This document shows, piece after piece, positions 27,714 to 37,975 of a DNA stretch of 64,000 nt. The number at the start of each line of letters is the position of its first letter. The first letter of the stretch is position 1. The notes beneath the pieces are model-generated. The model did no database searches and was not told the DNA's origin. It saw only the letters and a program-made list of their open reading frames with translations. This DNA is from Alphaproteobacteria bacterium (lineage in GTDB: Bacteria > Pseudomonadota > Alphaproteobacteria > SHVV01), in contig OZ253470.1 in NCBI GenBank assembly GCA_965261735.1, forward strand, positions 2,048,001 to 2,112,000, in the 5' to 3' direction. The position numbers and the translations under genes were made by a program.

Positions 27714-28733
27714 ATGACGCGCATAGAACGCGCCAACGGCCGGCGTCCCGGCGGGCTATCGCAGCTCCTGCAGCCGGACCTGAAGTCGGCCCCACGGCCC
27801 AAGCCCGAGGACCTGCGTTTCGATCTCGATGAGCTGCTCGCCGCGGTGGTCGCGCTCACGGCCGAGGTGCCCTCGGACGCCTATACGGCGCCCATGCTCG
27901 GCACCGAGCGCGAGGGCAACGGGGTCGTCATCGACGACAGCGGGCTCGTGCTCACCATCGGCTACCTGATCGTCGAGGCGAGCGAGGTCAATCTCACCGC
28001 CGCGGACGGCCGCTCGGTCCCGGCCGAGGTCATCGCCTACGACTACGATACGGGCTTCGGCCTGCTGCGCGCGCTGTCACCGCTCGACGTGACACCCATG
28101 GCCTTCGGAACCACCTCGGCGGTTGCGCCCGGCGACTCCGTCATCGTCGCGGCCCATGGCGGATCGGGCCAGGCGATCGTCGCCCGCATCGTCGCCAAAC
28201 GGGAGTTCGCCGGGTATTGGGAGTACATGCTCGACGAGGCGGTCTTCACGGCGCCGCCCCACCCGAGCTGGAGCGGCGCCGCGCTGATCGGCGACGACGG
28301 CAGCCTGCTCGGCACGGGATCGCTCTATCTCGAGGAGGCCCGGCCCGGGAGTACGCCGGTTCCGGGCAACATGTTCGTGCCCATCGACCTGCTACCGGCG
28401 ATCCTACCGGACATGTTGGCCACCGGCCGGGTCAGCCGCGACTCACGCCCCTGGCTCGGCGTCTTCGTGACCGAGGCGTATGGCCAGCTCATGGTCAGCG
28501 CGGTCGCCCCCGGGGGGCCGGCCGATCGCACCGGCATGCGCGCCGGCGATTCGATTCTGCGGGTCGCGGGCGCCCACGTTGCCGATCTTGCCGAGATGTA
28601 CCGCAAGATCTGGAGCCGTGGCGGCGCCGGCGTCGATGTCCCGCTTACGGTGCTGCGCGACGGCAACGCCTTCGAGTTGGTGATCCGCTCGACCGACCGC
28701 TACGCGCTCCTCAAGCTACGCCAGCGCCACTAG
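27714..28733 (+). CDS. HtrA/S1C-like trypsin-fold protein with PDZ domain, non-canonical catalytic motifs
   Basis: GNGVVID..LTIGYLI, YDYDTGFGL, PPHPSWSGAAL; RPWLG-type PDZ. Confidence 0.8.
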   Translation: MTRIERANGRRPGGLSQLLQPDLKSAPRPKPEDLRFDLDELLAAVVALTAEVPSDAYTAPMLGTEREGNGVVIDDSGLVLTIGYLIVEASEVNLTAADGRSVPAEVIAYDYDTGFGLLRALSPLDVTPMAFGTTSAVAPGDSVIVAAHGGSGQAIVARIVAKREFAGYWEYMLDEAVFTAPPHPSWSGAALIGDDGSLLGTGSLYLEEARPGSTPVPGNMFVPIDLLPAILPDMLATGRVSRDSRPWLGVFVTEAYGQLMVSAVAPGGPADRTGMRAGDSILRVAGAHVADLAEMYRKIWSRGGAGVDVPLTVLRDGNAFELVIRSTDRYALLKLRQRH

Positions 28734-28744
28734 TCATTGTTCGT

Positions 28745-28836
28745 CCCCTCCCCCCCCCAACCCGGGGAGGGGGGTGTCGCGCGATGTCGAGTTTTTGGCC
28801 CTTCCCCTTGATGGCGGAGGGTTGGGTGGGGGTGAA
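28745..28836. repeat. degenerate alphaproteobacterial palindromic repeat (CCCCTCCCC..GGGGAGGGG type)
   Basis: hairpin at 28745-28774 and a second unit CCCTTCCCCTTGATGGCGGAGGGTTGGGTGGGGGTGA between convergent genes. Confidence 0.55.
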
Positions 28837-28859
28837 ACCGGGATTTACGCTCGCAAGCG

Positions 28860-29888
28860 CTAGGCCTGGGCGGTCCAGGTCGGGCCGCGGCGCAGCAGGG
28901 CGTTGAGGTCGCCGTTCGGCCGCTGCGTCGTGACCTCGGCGATCTGCTGCGCCACCGCGGCTTCGTAGCTCGGCGCCGGATCGCAATACAGGACGCCGAG
29001 CGCAACCGGGAAATCGGGCGGCTCCATCGCGGCCAGGATCGAGGCCAGCGCCCGGTCGGTCTCGTCGTGCTTCATCAGGTCGCTCTCGCTCGCGCCGCCC
29101 GCGCCGAGGTCGACGACCTCGAGCGCCAGCGCTCCGGGCTTGAGCCGCAGCCCGTGCTCGCCCTCGGCACCGAAGACGAGAGGCTGGCCGTGCTCCAGGT
29201 GGATTTGGGCATTGGCGGCGACGTCACGCTGGGTGAAGTCGTCGAACACGCCGTCGTTGTAGACGATGCAGTTCTGGAAAATCTCGACGAAGGAAGCGCC
29301 GCGATGATCGCGGGCCCGCTTGAACAGCTGAGGCAAGCGCTTTTGCAGCGTGTCGACGCCGCGGGCGACGAAGCGGGCGCCGGCGCCAAGCGCGAACTGC
29401 GCCGCCGATACCGGGTTCTCGACCGAGCCGATCGGCGTCGAGGGCGAGCGGGTGCCGGCGCGCGAGGTCGGCGAGTACTGACCCTTGGTCAGGCCGTAGA
29501 CCTCGTTGTTGAACAGCAGGATCTGGAGGTCGACGTTGCGCCGCAACACGTGCAGCAGATGGTTGCCGCCGATGCTGAGCGCATCGCCATCGCCACTCAC
29601 GACCCAGACGTCGAGGTCGGGGTTGGCGAGCTTGACGCCGGTGGCGACCGCGGGCGCGCGGCCGTGGATGGTGTGAAAGCCGTAAGTCGACAGGTAGTAG
29701 GGGAAGCGCGCGGCGCAGCCGATGCCCGATACGAACACCGTGTTTTCGCGCGCCGCCTCGACTTCGGCGAGCGTGTTCAGCATGGCCTTGAGGATCGCGT
29801 AGTCGCCGCACCCGGGGCACCAGCGGACCTCTTGATCGGACGCGTAGTCCTTGGGCGTCAGTTTTTCGAGCGGTGTCACAACGTTCAT
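28860..29888 (-). CDS. korB: 2-oxoacid:ferredoxin oxidoreductase beta subunit
   Basis: WCPGCGD, SGIGC, HTIHGRA, GDGDALSIGGNH TPP motif, YGLTKGQYSPTS. Confidence 0.92.
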   Translation of the reverse strand: MNVVTPLEKLTPKDYASDQEVRWCPGCGDYAILKAMLNTLAEVEAARENTVFVSGIGCAARFPYYLSTYGFHTIHGRAPAVATGVKLANPDLDVWVVSGDGDALSIGGNHLLHVLRRNVDLQILLFNNEVYGLTKGQYSPTSRAGTRSPSTPIGSVENPVSAAQFALGAGARFVARGVDTLQKRLPQLFKRARDHRGASFVEIFQNCIVYNDGVFDDFTQRDVAANAQIHLEHGQPLVFGAEGEHGLRLKPGALALEVVDLGAGGASESDLMKHDETDRALASILAAMEPPDFPVALGVLYCDPAPSYEAAVAQQIAEVTTQRPNGDLNALLRRGPTWTAQA

Positions 29889-29889
29889 G

Positions 29890-31761
29890 TCAACTCTCCG
29901 AGCGGGCGCGGATCGCGGCCTCGATTTCCGAGATCTTGAAGGGCTGCCCCGCAACCTTGTTCAATCCTTCCGCGGCCAGCAGGTACTCCGCTCGCAGCAC
30001 GGTCACGAGCTGGCCCTTGTTCATCTCCGGCACCAGGATCTTGTCGAAGCCGGCCAACAGCTCGCCCAGATTGCGCGGCAGCGGCCACATGTGACGTAGG
30101 TGTATTTGCGAGACCTCGACGCCCGTCGCGCGCGTGTTGCTCACGGCGCGGCTGATCGGGCCGTAGGTCGACCCCCATCCGACGACAACAAGCGGGCCGC
30201 TCGCTTCGCCCTGCTCCACCGCCTGCAGGGGGATATCCTCGGCGATGCCGGCGATCTTGGCGGCGCGCACGTCGGTCATGCGCTGGTGGTTGATGGGGTC
30301 GTACGAGATGTGCCCTGTGTCGAAGTCCTTCTCGATGCCGCCGATGCGATGCTCGAGCCCCGGCGTGCCGGGCACGGCCCACACGCGCGCGAGCGTCTCG
30401 TCATCACGCAGGAAGGGGTGAAAACCCTCGGGTTCGGTGCGGAACGTGACCGGCATCGGCGCGAGCTGGTCGATATCGGGAATGAGCCAGGGCTCGGCCG
30501 CATTGGCGATATAGCCATCGCTCAGCAGGAACACCGGGGTCATGTACTTGGTCGCGAGCCGCACCGCCTCGATGGCGGTGTCGAAGCAGTCGGCCGGCGA
30601 GCGCGCGGCGAGCACGGCGACCTGGATGTCGGCGTTACGGCCGTAGATCGCCTGGTAGAGGTCGGATTGCTCGGTCTTGGTCGGCATCCCGGTGGAGGGG
30701 CCGGCGCGCTGTGAGTTGACGATGACGAGCGGTAGCTCCGCGGTGGCGGCGAGCCCTATGCCTTCGGTCTTGAGCGCGACGCCGGGGCCGGAGCTCGAGG
30801 TCACGCCGAGCGAACCGGCGTAGGAGGCGCCGATCGCCGCGCACACCGCGGCGATCTCGTCTTCGGCCTGAAAGGTGATGACGCCGTAGTTCTTGAGGGT
30901 CGCGAGCGCGTGCAGGATGGTCGAGGCGGGCGTGATCGGGTAGGAGGCGAACACGAGCTGCAGGTCCGCCAGATGCGATGCCGTCACCAGGCCCCAAGCG
31001 AGCGCCTCCGACCCGGTCACCGTACGGTAGAGGCCGGGCGCGATCTCGGCCGGCGGCACCGTGTAGCCGCTGATGTCGCCAAGCTCCGCCGTCTCGCCGA
31101 AGGCATGGCCCGCATTGAGCGCGGCGACGTTGGCCGCCGCCAGCTCGCCCCGCGCGCCGAACTTCTGGTTGAGCCAGTCCACGGTCGACTGCCGATCGCG
31201 GTCGTACATCCAGTACACCAGCCCCAGCGTCCACATGTTCTTGCAGCGCAACGACTCCTTCTGCGACAGGCCGAATTCCTTGACCGCCTCGAGCGTCTGC
31301 TTGGAGACATCGAGCTCGATGGTCTGGTATCGTTTCAGGGTGCCGTCCTCGAGCGGGTTGCCGGTGAACCCCGCCTTCTTGAAGTTCTTGTCGGTGAAGG
31401 TGCCGCTATCGAGGATCACCAGCCCGCCTGCCTTGACGTCGCGCAGGTTGACCTTGAGGGCCGCCGGGTTCATCGCCACGAGCACGTCGGGCGTATCGCC
31501 CGAGGTCATGATGCGGTGGGCACCGAAATTGATCTGGAACGCGGAGACGCCGTAGGTCGTGCCCACGGGCGCCCTGATCTCTGCCGGAAAGTCGGGGAAC
31601 GTGCCGAGATCGTTGCCCGCCAACGCCGTCGCCTGGGTGAACTGGCTGCCGGTGAGCTGCATGCCGTCGCCGGAGTCTCCGGCGAAGCGAATGACGACCG
31701 ATTCGAGACTCTGCCGGAACGCTTCTACCGGCGCGTGCTTGACTGCGGTGGTGGTTGCCAT
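29890..31761 (-). CDS. korA: 2-oxoacid:ferredoxin oxidoreductase alpha(+gamma) subunit
   Basis: GDSGDGMQLTG, YPITPAS, QAEDEIAA, STGMPTKTEQSD. Confidence 0.92.
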   Translation of the reverse strand: MATTTAVKHAPVEAFRQSLESVVIRFAGDSGDGMQLTGSQFTQATALAGNDLGTFPDFPAEIRAPVGTTYGVSAFQINFGAHRIMTSGDTPDVLVAMNPAALKVNLRDVKAGGLVILDSGTFTDKNFKKAGFTGNPLEDGTLKRYQTIELDVSKQTLEAVKEFGLSQKESLRCKNMWTLGLVYWMYDRDRQSTVDWLNQKFGARGELAAANVAALNAGHAFGETAELGDISGYTVPPAEIAPGLYRTVTGSEALAWGLVTASHLADLQLVFASYPITPASTILHALATLKNYGVITFQAEDEIAAVCAAIGASYAGSLGVTSSSGPGVALKTEGIGLAATAELPLVIVNSQRAGPSTGMPTKTEQSDLYQAIYGRNADIQVAVLAARSPADCFDTAIEAVRLATKYMTPVFLLSDGYIANAAEPWLIPDIDQLAPMPVTFRTEPEGFHPFLRDDETLARVWAVPGTPGLEHRIGGIEKDFDTGHISYDPINHQRMTDVRAAKIAGIAEDIPLQAVEQGEASGPLVVVGWGSTYGPISRAVSNTRATGVEVSQIHLRHMWPLPRNLGELLAGFDKILVPEMNKGQLVTVLRAEYLLAAEGLNKVAGQPFKISEIEAAIRARSES

Positions 31762-32142
31762 GGTTGAGAAAAATGGTCCTCCGAGCCTGCTTCGCCGACC
31801 TCCCCAGGCGGCGTGAAACGAGGCAAAACTGTCTTTACTGGCGCCGGGGCGGTCACTCGACCGCGGCCCGATGCCGCGCCGGTGCCCTTAATACAAAACG
31901 TGGGCCCAGGCTGATAGGACGCCCGTCACCACCAACCCAGGAACGCCACGACAACCGGGACTTTGCCCTCGGCGCAGGCCGCTACGGAACCCAAGGCCCC
32001 GCACGATTGTTCAAGCAATTCAACAGACTGCGATGGGGCCGGACCCTAGCCTATCGTCCGGTCCATTCCCAATAAAATTTTCGTGCGTTTCCGCCCGCGC
32101 CGAGGGAACTTTTGTGCCCGCGTTGGCCCGCGGATCGTCGGC

Positions 32143-33471
32143 TCAGGTCGCGCTCCGGCGCTCCTCGGGACGCTCGAGCGCGGCCAGCATCTCGGCCACG
32201 GTGACGAACTTGCAGCGCGGGGACTCTGGCGCCGCCGCCGCGATCTCCATCGCGTCGAGCCGATGCCATTCGTCGTAGGAGAGGGCGCGCGCGCCGCGCT
32301 CGTCGAGGAGCGCCACCAAGGCGCTGCGGCCCGGCTTGGTACCGGCCTTGAAATCGGCGCCGATGTGGGCGGCGACGGTCACGCCGTCGGGCCGGTTGGT
32401 CGAAATGACGCCGGTGGGGCCGCGCTTGACCCAGCCGACCGCATACAGACCGTCGGCGATGCGGCCGTCGGCGTTGCGCGCAATGCCCTCGCGCTCATCG
32501 AACGGCATGCCCTCGAGGGGCTCCGCGCGGTAGCCGATGGCCGGAACGACAAGCCCGCAGGGAATTTCGAAGAACGCGCCGGTGCCGACGGCCCGCCCAC
32601 CTTCGACGCGAGTGCGCTCGAGGCGCAGGCCCTCGACGCGTTCGCCGCCGAGGATCTCGACGGGCGCGGCGTAGAACGCGAAGTGCACCCGCTTGGGTGC
32701 CTCGTCCGCCTTACGCGGCGCGAATTCCTTCAGCGTCGCGAGGTTCTTGTCCTTGAGGCGGCGGTCGCGCTCGGGCATGTCGCCCTCGACGCCGTCGGGA
32801 AGCTGGGCCGGGTCGACCTGGGGTACGCAGTTCTCGAGCCGGCCCATCTCGCGCAGCTCGACGTTGGTGAATTTGGCGTCGTTGGGGCCGCGCCGCCCGA
32901 ACATATAGACGTCGCTCAACGGTGAGTCGAAGATCGTCTTGGCGGCATAGTCCGGCAGGTCCGAGGCGGCCATCTCGGCCGGCGTCTTGACGAGCACGCG
33001 GGCGACGTCGATGGCCACGTTGCCGACCCCGATCACGGCCACCGCCGAGATATTCAGGTCGGGGTCGAGGTCGCGAAAATCGGGGTGGCCGTTGTACCAA
33101 CCGACGAACGCGGCGGCGCCGATGACGCCCTTCTTGTCCTCGCCGGGCAGCCCGGCTGGGCGGTCGAGCGGCGCGCCCACGGCCAGCACCACCGCGTCGT
33201 ACAGCGCGCGCAGCTCTTCGATGCTGACGTCGCGGCCGACCTCGACATTACCGTAGTAGGCGACCGGCTCCTTCAGCGCCGTCTTCTCGAAGGCGCGCCA
33301 CACGCCCTTGGTCGTCTGATGATCGGGCGCCACGCCGCCGCGGATGAGGCCAAAGGGCGTCGGCAGCCGCTCGATGATGTCGATCTCGCAAGCCAATCCG
33401 GACTTGATCAGCGCCTCGGCCGTGTAAAACCCGGCCGGCCCCGATCCGACGACCGCTACACTAACCGGCAT
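32143..33471 (-). CDS. ferredoxin--NADP+ reductase (FprA/adrenodoxin reductase-like)
   Basis: GSGPAG, GVAPDH, GWYNGHP, GVGNVAIDVAR, GWVKRGPTGVI. Confidence 0.9.
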   Translation of the reverse strand: MPVSVAVVGSGPAGFYTAEALIKSGLACEIDIIERLPTPFGLIRGGVAPDHQTTKGVWRAFEKTALKEPVAYYGNVEVGRDVSIEELRALYDAVVLAVGAPLDRPAGLPGEDKKGVIGAAAFVGWYNGHPDFRDLDPDLNISAVAVIGVGNVAIDVARVLVKTPAEMAASDLPDYAAKTIFDSPLSDVYMFGRRGPNDAKFTNVELREMGRLENCVPQVDPAQLPDGVEGDMPERDRRLKDKNLATLKEFAPRKADEAPKRVHFAFYAAPVEILGGERVEGLRLERTRVEGGRAVGTGAFFEIPCGLVVPAIGYRAEPLEGMPFDEREGIARNADGRIADGLYAVGWVKRGPTGVISTNRPDGVTVAAHIGADFKAGTKPGRSALVALLDERGARALSYDEWHRLDAMEIAAAAPESPRCKFVTVAEMLAALERPEERRSAT

Positions 33472-33655
33472 GCGCCTCCCTCTCGTGCTCCGCTGTTTCG
33501 GGCGGGGCGCATCTTTCCATTTGCCGCGGTCAGCGTCCAGAGGCGAGAGACGGCGTGGGCCGTACCGGTGGTTGGGCCGGCAAACCCATGCACGCTAAGA
33601 TGCGAGCCCGGGCGGACGCGGCCCGGCTCGATGCCAATCAACGTCCGAGGGAGCC

Positions 33656-33910
33656 ATGACCTATCCACAAGCCATCGTCGCCGCGGCCGCGCTCTTCGCC
33701 GTCGCCCTCATCGTCACCGATTCGCGACCGACCACCGCGCAGGCGCGGCGCGCCGGGTCGTATCAGATCGCGCCGCAGGCCGTCACCGGTAACGTGTGGA
33801 TCGTCAATACCGCGACCGGCGATCTACGCCTGTGCAAGCCGCCTCCCACCTTCGCCACGGTCGTCGTCGACTGCACGCAGCTACCGCCGCCGGCCAAGAA
33901 GAAGGAATGA
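33656..33910 (+). CDS. small exported hypothetical protein
   Basis: signal-like N-terminus; VWIVNTATGDLRLC; two Cys; GAGGGAG RBS. Confidence 0.6.
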   Translation: MTYPQAIVAAAALFAVALIVTDSRPTTAQARRAGSYQIAPQAVTGNVWIVNTATGDLRLCKPPPTFATVVVDCTQLPPPAKKKE

Positions 33911-34011
33911 TCCGAACGCGGCACCGCGGAAACGGTTGCGGCGCGTCGAGCCAGCCGCTAAGAAGCCGACGCTCCGGCCGACGGCGCGGGGCGTAGCGGA
34001 CAGGGGGACGC

Positions 34012-34437
34012 ATGGCGAAGTTCGAGAACATCGAGGTCTTCACGCCGCCCGGCCTGGGCCCCGTGCAGGGGCTCTATTCGCAGTGCACGCGGGTTAAGGC
34101 CGGGACCGACACCTTTCATATCGCCGGTCAGCTCGCGGTCGGCATGGATGGCAGCATCGTCGGCCGTCACGACTTCGCGGCCCAGTTTCACCAGGTGTTC
34201 GACAACATGGGCGCCGTATTGGCGGCGCTCGGCGAGAGCTTCGACAGCGTCATCGTCTTTCGCACCTACCTCACGCACTCGCAGGACATCGAGCTGTTCA
34301 TGGGGCTCAGGGCCGCGCTGTTTCCCAAGATCTTCTCGACGCCCGACTACCCGCCCAACACGCTCCTTGTCATCGATCGGCTGGTGAAGGAGGATTTTCT
34401 GATCGAGATCGAGGCCGTCGCCGCGGCCAACGGCTGA
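34012..34437 (+). CDS. RidA/YjgF family protein
   Basis: YSQ, IAGQL, YPPNTLL, LIEIEAVA. Confidence 0.85.
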   Translation: MAKFENIEVFTPPGLGPVQGLYSQCTRVKAGTDTFHIAGQLAVGMDGSIVGRHDFAAQFHQVFDNMGAVLAALGESFDSVIVFRTYLTHSQDIELFMGLRAALFPKIFSTPDYPPNTLLVIDRLVKEDFLIEIEAVAAANG

Positions 34438-34475
34438 CGGGCCGTGGCGGCACGCAAGATCGGGAGGGCGGAGCC

Positions 34476-35105
34476 GTGAGCGAGAACCGAGACGTCACCG
34501 CGGGCACCATCGTCGAGGACACGGTGGTGCCCGCGCGCGAGCCGTGGAGCCGGGTGGTGCGCAAGGGGCAGATGATGCGTATCGTCGATCTCGAGGGCAA
34601 GCAGGCGGTCGATTTCCTGTGCTACAACGCCGACGACTCGGATGACCGCTACTGCGCCGCCGACACGATGAAGATCGGCGGCTCGCTGTTCCTGGCCAAG
34701 GGCACGGTGCTCTACACCGACCGCGACCACGCGCTCTTCACCATCACCGAAGATACTTGCGGCTTTCACGACACCATCGGCGGGTGCTGCTCGGACGAGA
34801 TCAACATCACGCGCTACGCGGCGCCGGGCCAGCGCAACTGCCGCGACAACTTCCTCACCGAACTCACCAAGCATGGCCTCGGCAAGAAGGACATTGTCGC
34901 CAACGTTAACTTCTTCATGTACGTGCCCGTGGCCGAGGGGGGCGCGATGGATATCGGGCCGAGCCTGTCGAAACCAGGCGACTACGTCGATCTGCGCGCC
35001 GAGAGGGACGTGCTCGCGGTCATCTCGAACTGCCCGCAGATCAACAATCCGGCCAACGACTACAACCCGACACCGATCCGCGTCATCGTCTGGGAGCCGG
35101 AGTGA
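34476..35105 (+). CDS. urea-carboxylase-associated (DUF1989) protein
   Basis: DLEGKQAVD, HDTIGGCCS, NCRDNF, NFFM, SNCPQINNPAN. Confidence 0.88.
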   Translation: MSENRDVTAGTIVEDTVVPAREPWSRVVRKGQMMRIVDLEGKQAVDFLCYNADDSDDRYCAADTMKIGGSLFLAKGTVLYTDRDHALFTITEDTCGFHDTIGGCCSDEINITRYAAPGQRNCRDNFLTELTKHGLGKKDIVANVNFFMYVPVAEGGAMDIGPSLSKPGDYVDLRAERDVLAVISNCPQINNPANDYNPTPIRVIVWEPE

Positions 35106-35157
35106 CCGGGCGCACCGGGCGCTAAGGGCCCGACCGCCCGCACCCGAAAGGGCCGTG

Positions 35158-36309
35158 ATGGATTCGGACACGGTGAACGAGCTACGCGATACGGTGCGCC
35201 GTTACGTGCGCGAGCGCCTGGTGCCGCTCGAGCGCGAGGTCGAGGAGGCCGACCGTGTGCCCGATGCGGTGCGCCGCGAGATGGCGGCGATGGGGCTCTA
35301 CGGCCTTTCGATCCCGACCGCCCATGGCGGGCTCGGCCTCGACCTCGCCGCCGAGGCCGAGCTCGCGATCGAGCTCGGCTGGACCTCGCCCGCCTTTCGC
35401 TCGGTGATCGGCACCAACGTCGGCATCGGCTCGCAGGGCATCGTCATCGACGGCACCGAGGAGCAGAAGAGCCGCTTCCTGCCGGGGCTCGCCTCGGGTG
35501 AGCTCGTCGGCTCGTTCGCGCTCACCGAGCCCGACTCGGGCTCGGACGCCGCCAGCCTCAAGACGCGCGCGGCGCGCGACGGTGAGCGCTACCTCCTCAA
35601 CGGCACCAAGCGCTACATCACCAACGCGCCGTTCGCCTCACTGTTCACGGTCATGGCCCGTACCGACCCCGAGACGCCGGGCGCGGCCGGCATTTCCGCC
35701 TTCATCGTCGCCGCCGACACGCCGGGCCTCAGCCTCGGTGCGCCCGACCGCAAGATGGGCCAGCGCGGCACGGTGACGTCCGACCTCGTGTTCGAGGATG
35801 CCGCCGTGCCGGCGGCGAACCTCATCGGCGGGATCGAGGGCCGGGGCTTCAAGACCGCGATGAAGGTGCTCGACCGGGGTCGGATTCACCTCGCCGCAGT
35901 GTGCGTCGGCGCGGCCGAGCGCCTGATCCACGAAGCGCTGAGCTACGCCGGCGAGCGTCGGCAATTCGGCAAACCGATCGCCGAGTTTCAGCTCGTTCAG
36001 GCGATGCTCGCCGACAGCCGCGCCGAGTCCTACGCCGCGCGGACCATGTTGAGCGATGCGGCCGCGCGTTACGACCGCGGCGAGAACGTCGCGCTCGAGG
36101 CGGCGTGCTGCAAGTACTTCGCCTCCGAGATGGTCGGCCGGGTCGCCGACCGCGCGGTCCAGATCCACGGCGGCGCCGGCTACATGGCGGAGTACCCGGT
36201 CGAGCGCTTCTACCGCGACGTGCGCCTGTTCCGCATCTACGAGGGCACGAGCCAGATCCAACAGCTCGTCATCGCCCGCGAGATGAAACGCCGCGCCGAG
36301 GGCGGCTGA
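35158..36309 (+). CDS. acyl-CoA dehydrogenase
   Basis: FALTEPDSGSD, GTKRYITN, RQFGKPI, QIHGGAGY, RIYEGTSQIQ. Confidence 0.92.
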   Translation: MDSDTVNELRDTVRRYVRERLVPLEREVEEADRVPDAVRREMAAMGLYGLSIPTAHGGLGLDLAAEAELAIELGWTSPAFRSVIGTNVGIGSQGIVIDGTEEQKSRFLPGLASGELVGSFALTEPDSGSDAASLKTRAARDGERYLLNGTKRYITNAPFASLFTVMARTDPETPGAAGISAFIVAADTPGLSLGAPDRKMGQRGTVTSDLVFEDAAVPAANLIGGIEGRGFKTAMKVLDRGRIHLAAVCVGAAERLIHEALSYAGERRQFGKPIAEFQLVQAMLADSRAESYAARTMLSDAAARYDRGENVALEAACCKYFASEMVGRVADRAVQIHGGAGYMAEYPVERFYRDVRLFRIYEGTSQIQQLVIAREMKRRAEGG

Positions 36310-36391
36310 AACCGGCGGCGATTGCGCGGCTTTCGTGCGGGCGCTACCATCGCGGGGCGCGCAACGGTGCGCGACAGGCGGGGTTAGATAC

Positions 36392-37213
36392 ATGCCCTTG
36401 GTCGAGCTTGAAACGCTGGTCAAGCGTATTCCAGACGGCGCCCTGTTGGCGGTGCCGCCCGATTACAGCGGTGTCGCCATGGCATCGACGCGGGCCTTGA
36501 TCCGGCGCGGGGTGCGCGATCTGCACCTGCTCGCGGTGCCGACGAGCGGCTTGCAGGCCGACCTCCTGATCGGCGCCGGCGCGGTGGCGACGCTCGAGGC
36601 CGCGGCCGTCAGCCTCGGCGAATGGGGTCCGGCACCGCGCTTCGTGGCGGCGGTCAAGGCCGGCGCGCTCGCGATCAAGGACTCGACCTGCCCCGCCATC
36701 CATGCCGGGCTCCAGGCGGCGGAAAAGGGCATCCCGTTCATGCCGCTGCGCGGCCTACTCGGTTCCGATCTCATGCGCCATCGCGACGACTGGCGCGTGA
36801 TCGACAATCCGCTTGCGGCCGGCGGCGAGCCCGACCCCATCGTCGTTCTGCCGGCGATCACCCCCGACGTCGCCCTGTTTCATGCGCCGCTCGGCGACCG
36901 CTCGGGCAACGTCTGGGTCGGCCGCCGGCGCGAGCTCGCGACGCTTGCCCATGCCGCGCGCGAGACGCTGGTCACCGTCGAGGCAGTCTCCGAGGTCGAT
37001 CTGCTGGCCGACGAGCGCCTGGCGGCGGGCGTCGTGCCCGCGCTCTACATCGGCGCCTGCGCCGAGGCGCCGCGCGGGGCCTGGCCGCTCGGGCTCACCG
37101 AGCACTATGGCGTGGATGGGCCGCACCTCGATTCCTACGCCGATCTCGCGGCGAGCGCGGTGGGATTCCGCCGCTATCTCGACGAGCGGGTGTATGCCCG
37201 GCCGGCGGCCTGA
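36392..37213 (+). CDS. class I CoA-transferase alpha subunit (GctA-like)
   Basis: GLQADLLIGAG, GIPFMPLRG, PDVALFHA. Confidence 0.8.
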   Translation: MPLVELETLVKRIPDGALLAVPPDYSGVAMASTRALIRRGVRDLHLLAVPTSGLQADLLIGAGAVATLEAAAVSLGEWGPAPRFVAAVKAGALAIKDSTCPAIHAGLQAAEKGIPFMPLRGLLGSDLMRHRDDWRVIDNPLAAGGEPDPIVVLPAITPDVALFHAPLGDRSGNVWVGRRRELATLAHAARETLVTVEAVSEVDLLADERLAAGVVPALYIGACAEAPRGAWPLGLTEHYGVDGPHLDSYADLAASAVGFRRYLDERVYARPAA

Positions 37214-37216
37214 GAG

Positions 37217-37975
37217 ATGGCTGACCCCTTCACCGCGCGCGAGCTACTGATCGCGACCATCGCGCGGCGCCTACGCGGTGCGCGCCACATCGCCGTCGGC
37301 GCGGCGTCACCCATCCCCGCGGCAGCGGCGCTGCTCGCCCAGGCGCTGTCCGAGGGAGGCACCCGGGTGAGCCTGCTCGGCAGCCGCGAGCACAACTTCT
37401 TCACCGACGGCGGGCGCGAGCTTTTCGACTGCGCGGCCCAGGGGCGCATCGACGCCTTCTTCCTCGGCGGCGGTGAGATCGACGGCGAGGCCAACGTCAA
37501 CCTCGTGGGCGTCGGCGGCTACCCGGCATCAAGGGTGCGCTTCGCCGGCTCCTACGGCTCGGCCTACCTCTACTTTCTGGTGCCCAACGTGATCCTCTTT
37601 CGCGAGGAGCACAGCCCGCGCACGCTGGTCGAGCGCGTCGCCTTCATCAGCGCGCCCGGCACCAGCCCCGAGGGCGTCTACCGTCCGGGCGGCCCACGAG
37701 CGCTGATCACCGGGCGCGCCGCCTTCTCCTTCGACCGCGGCGAGCGCCGCTTCCGGCTCGACAGCGTCCATCCCGGCCACAGCGCGGCGGAGATCGCCGC
37801 ACAAACAGGCTTCGCGTTCGATCGGCCCGAGCGCGTTCCCCAGACGCCCGCGCCGCCGACCTCGTGGCTCGCTCTCATGCGCGGGCACATCAGCGAGCAG
37901 GTCGCCGAGGCCTACCCCCGGTTCGCCGCCGCAGCGCCGGCACAAGGGGCAGGCGCGGTCGAGGCGAGCCTTTGA
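37217..37975 (+). CDS. class I CoA-transferase beta subunit-like
   Basis: FFLGGGEIDGEANVN, GSYGS, SVHPG. Confidence 0.8.
   Translation: MADPFTARELLIATIARRLRGARHIAVGAASPIPAAAALLAQALSEGGTRVSLLGSREHNFFTDGGRELFDCAAQGRIDAFFLGGGEIDGEANVNLVGVGGYPASRVRFAGSYGSAYLYFLVPNVILFREEHSPRTLVERVAFISAPGTSPEGVYRPGGPRALITGRAAFSFDRGERRFRLDSVHPGHSAAEIAAQTGFAFDRPERVPQTPAPPTSWLALMRGHISEQVAEAYPRFAAAAPAQGAGAVEASL

Noticed and set aside
33915-34010. Guanidine riboswitch upstream of RidA-DUF1989 (contains GACGGCGC)
   Set aside because: No complementary GCGCCGU pseudoknot partner and no paired ACGR hairpins.
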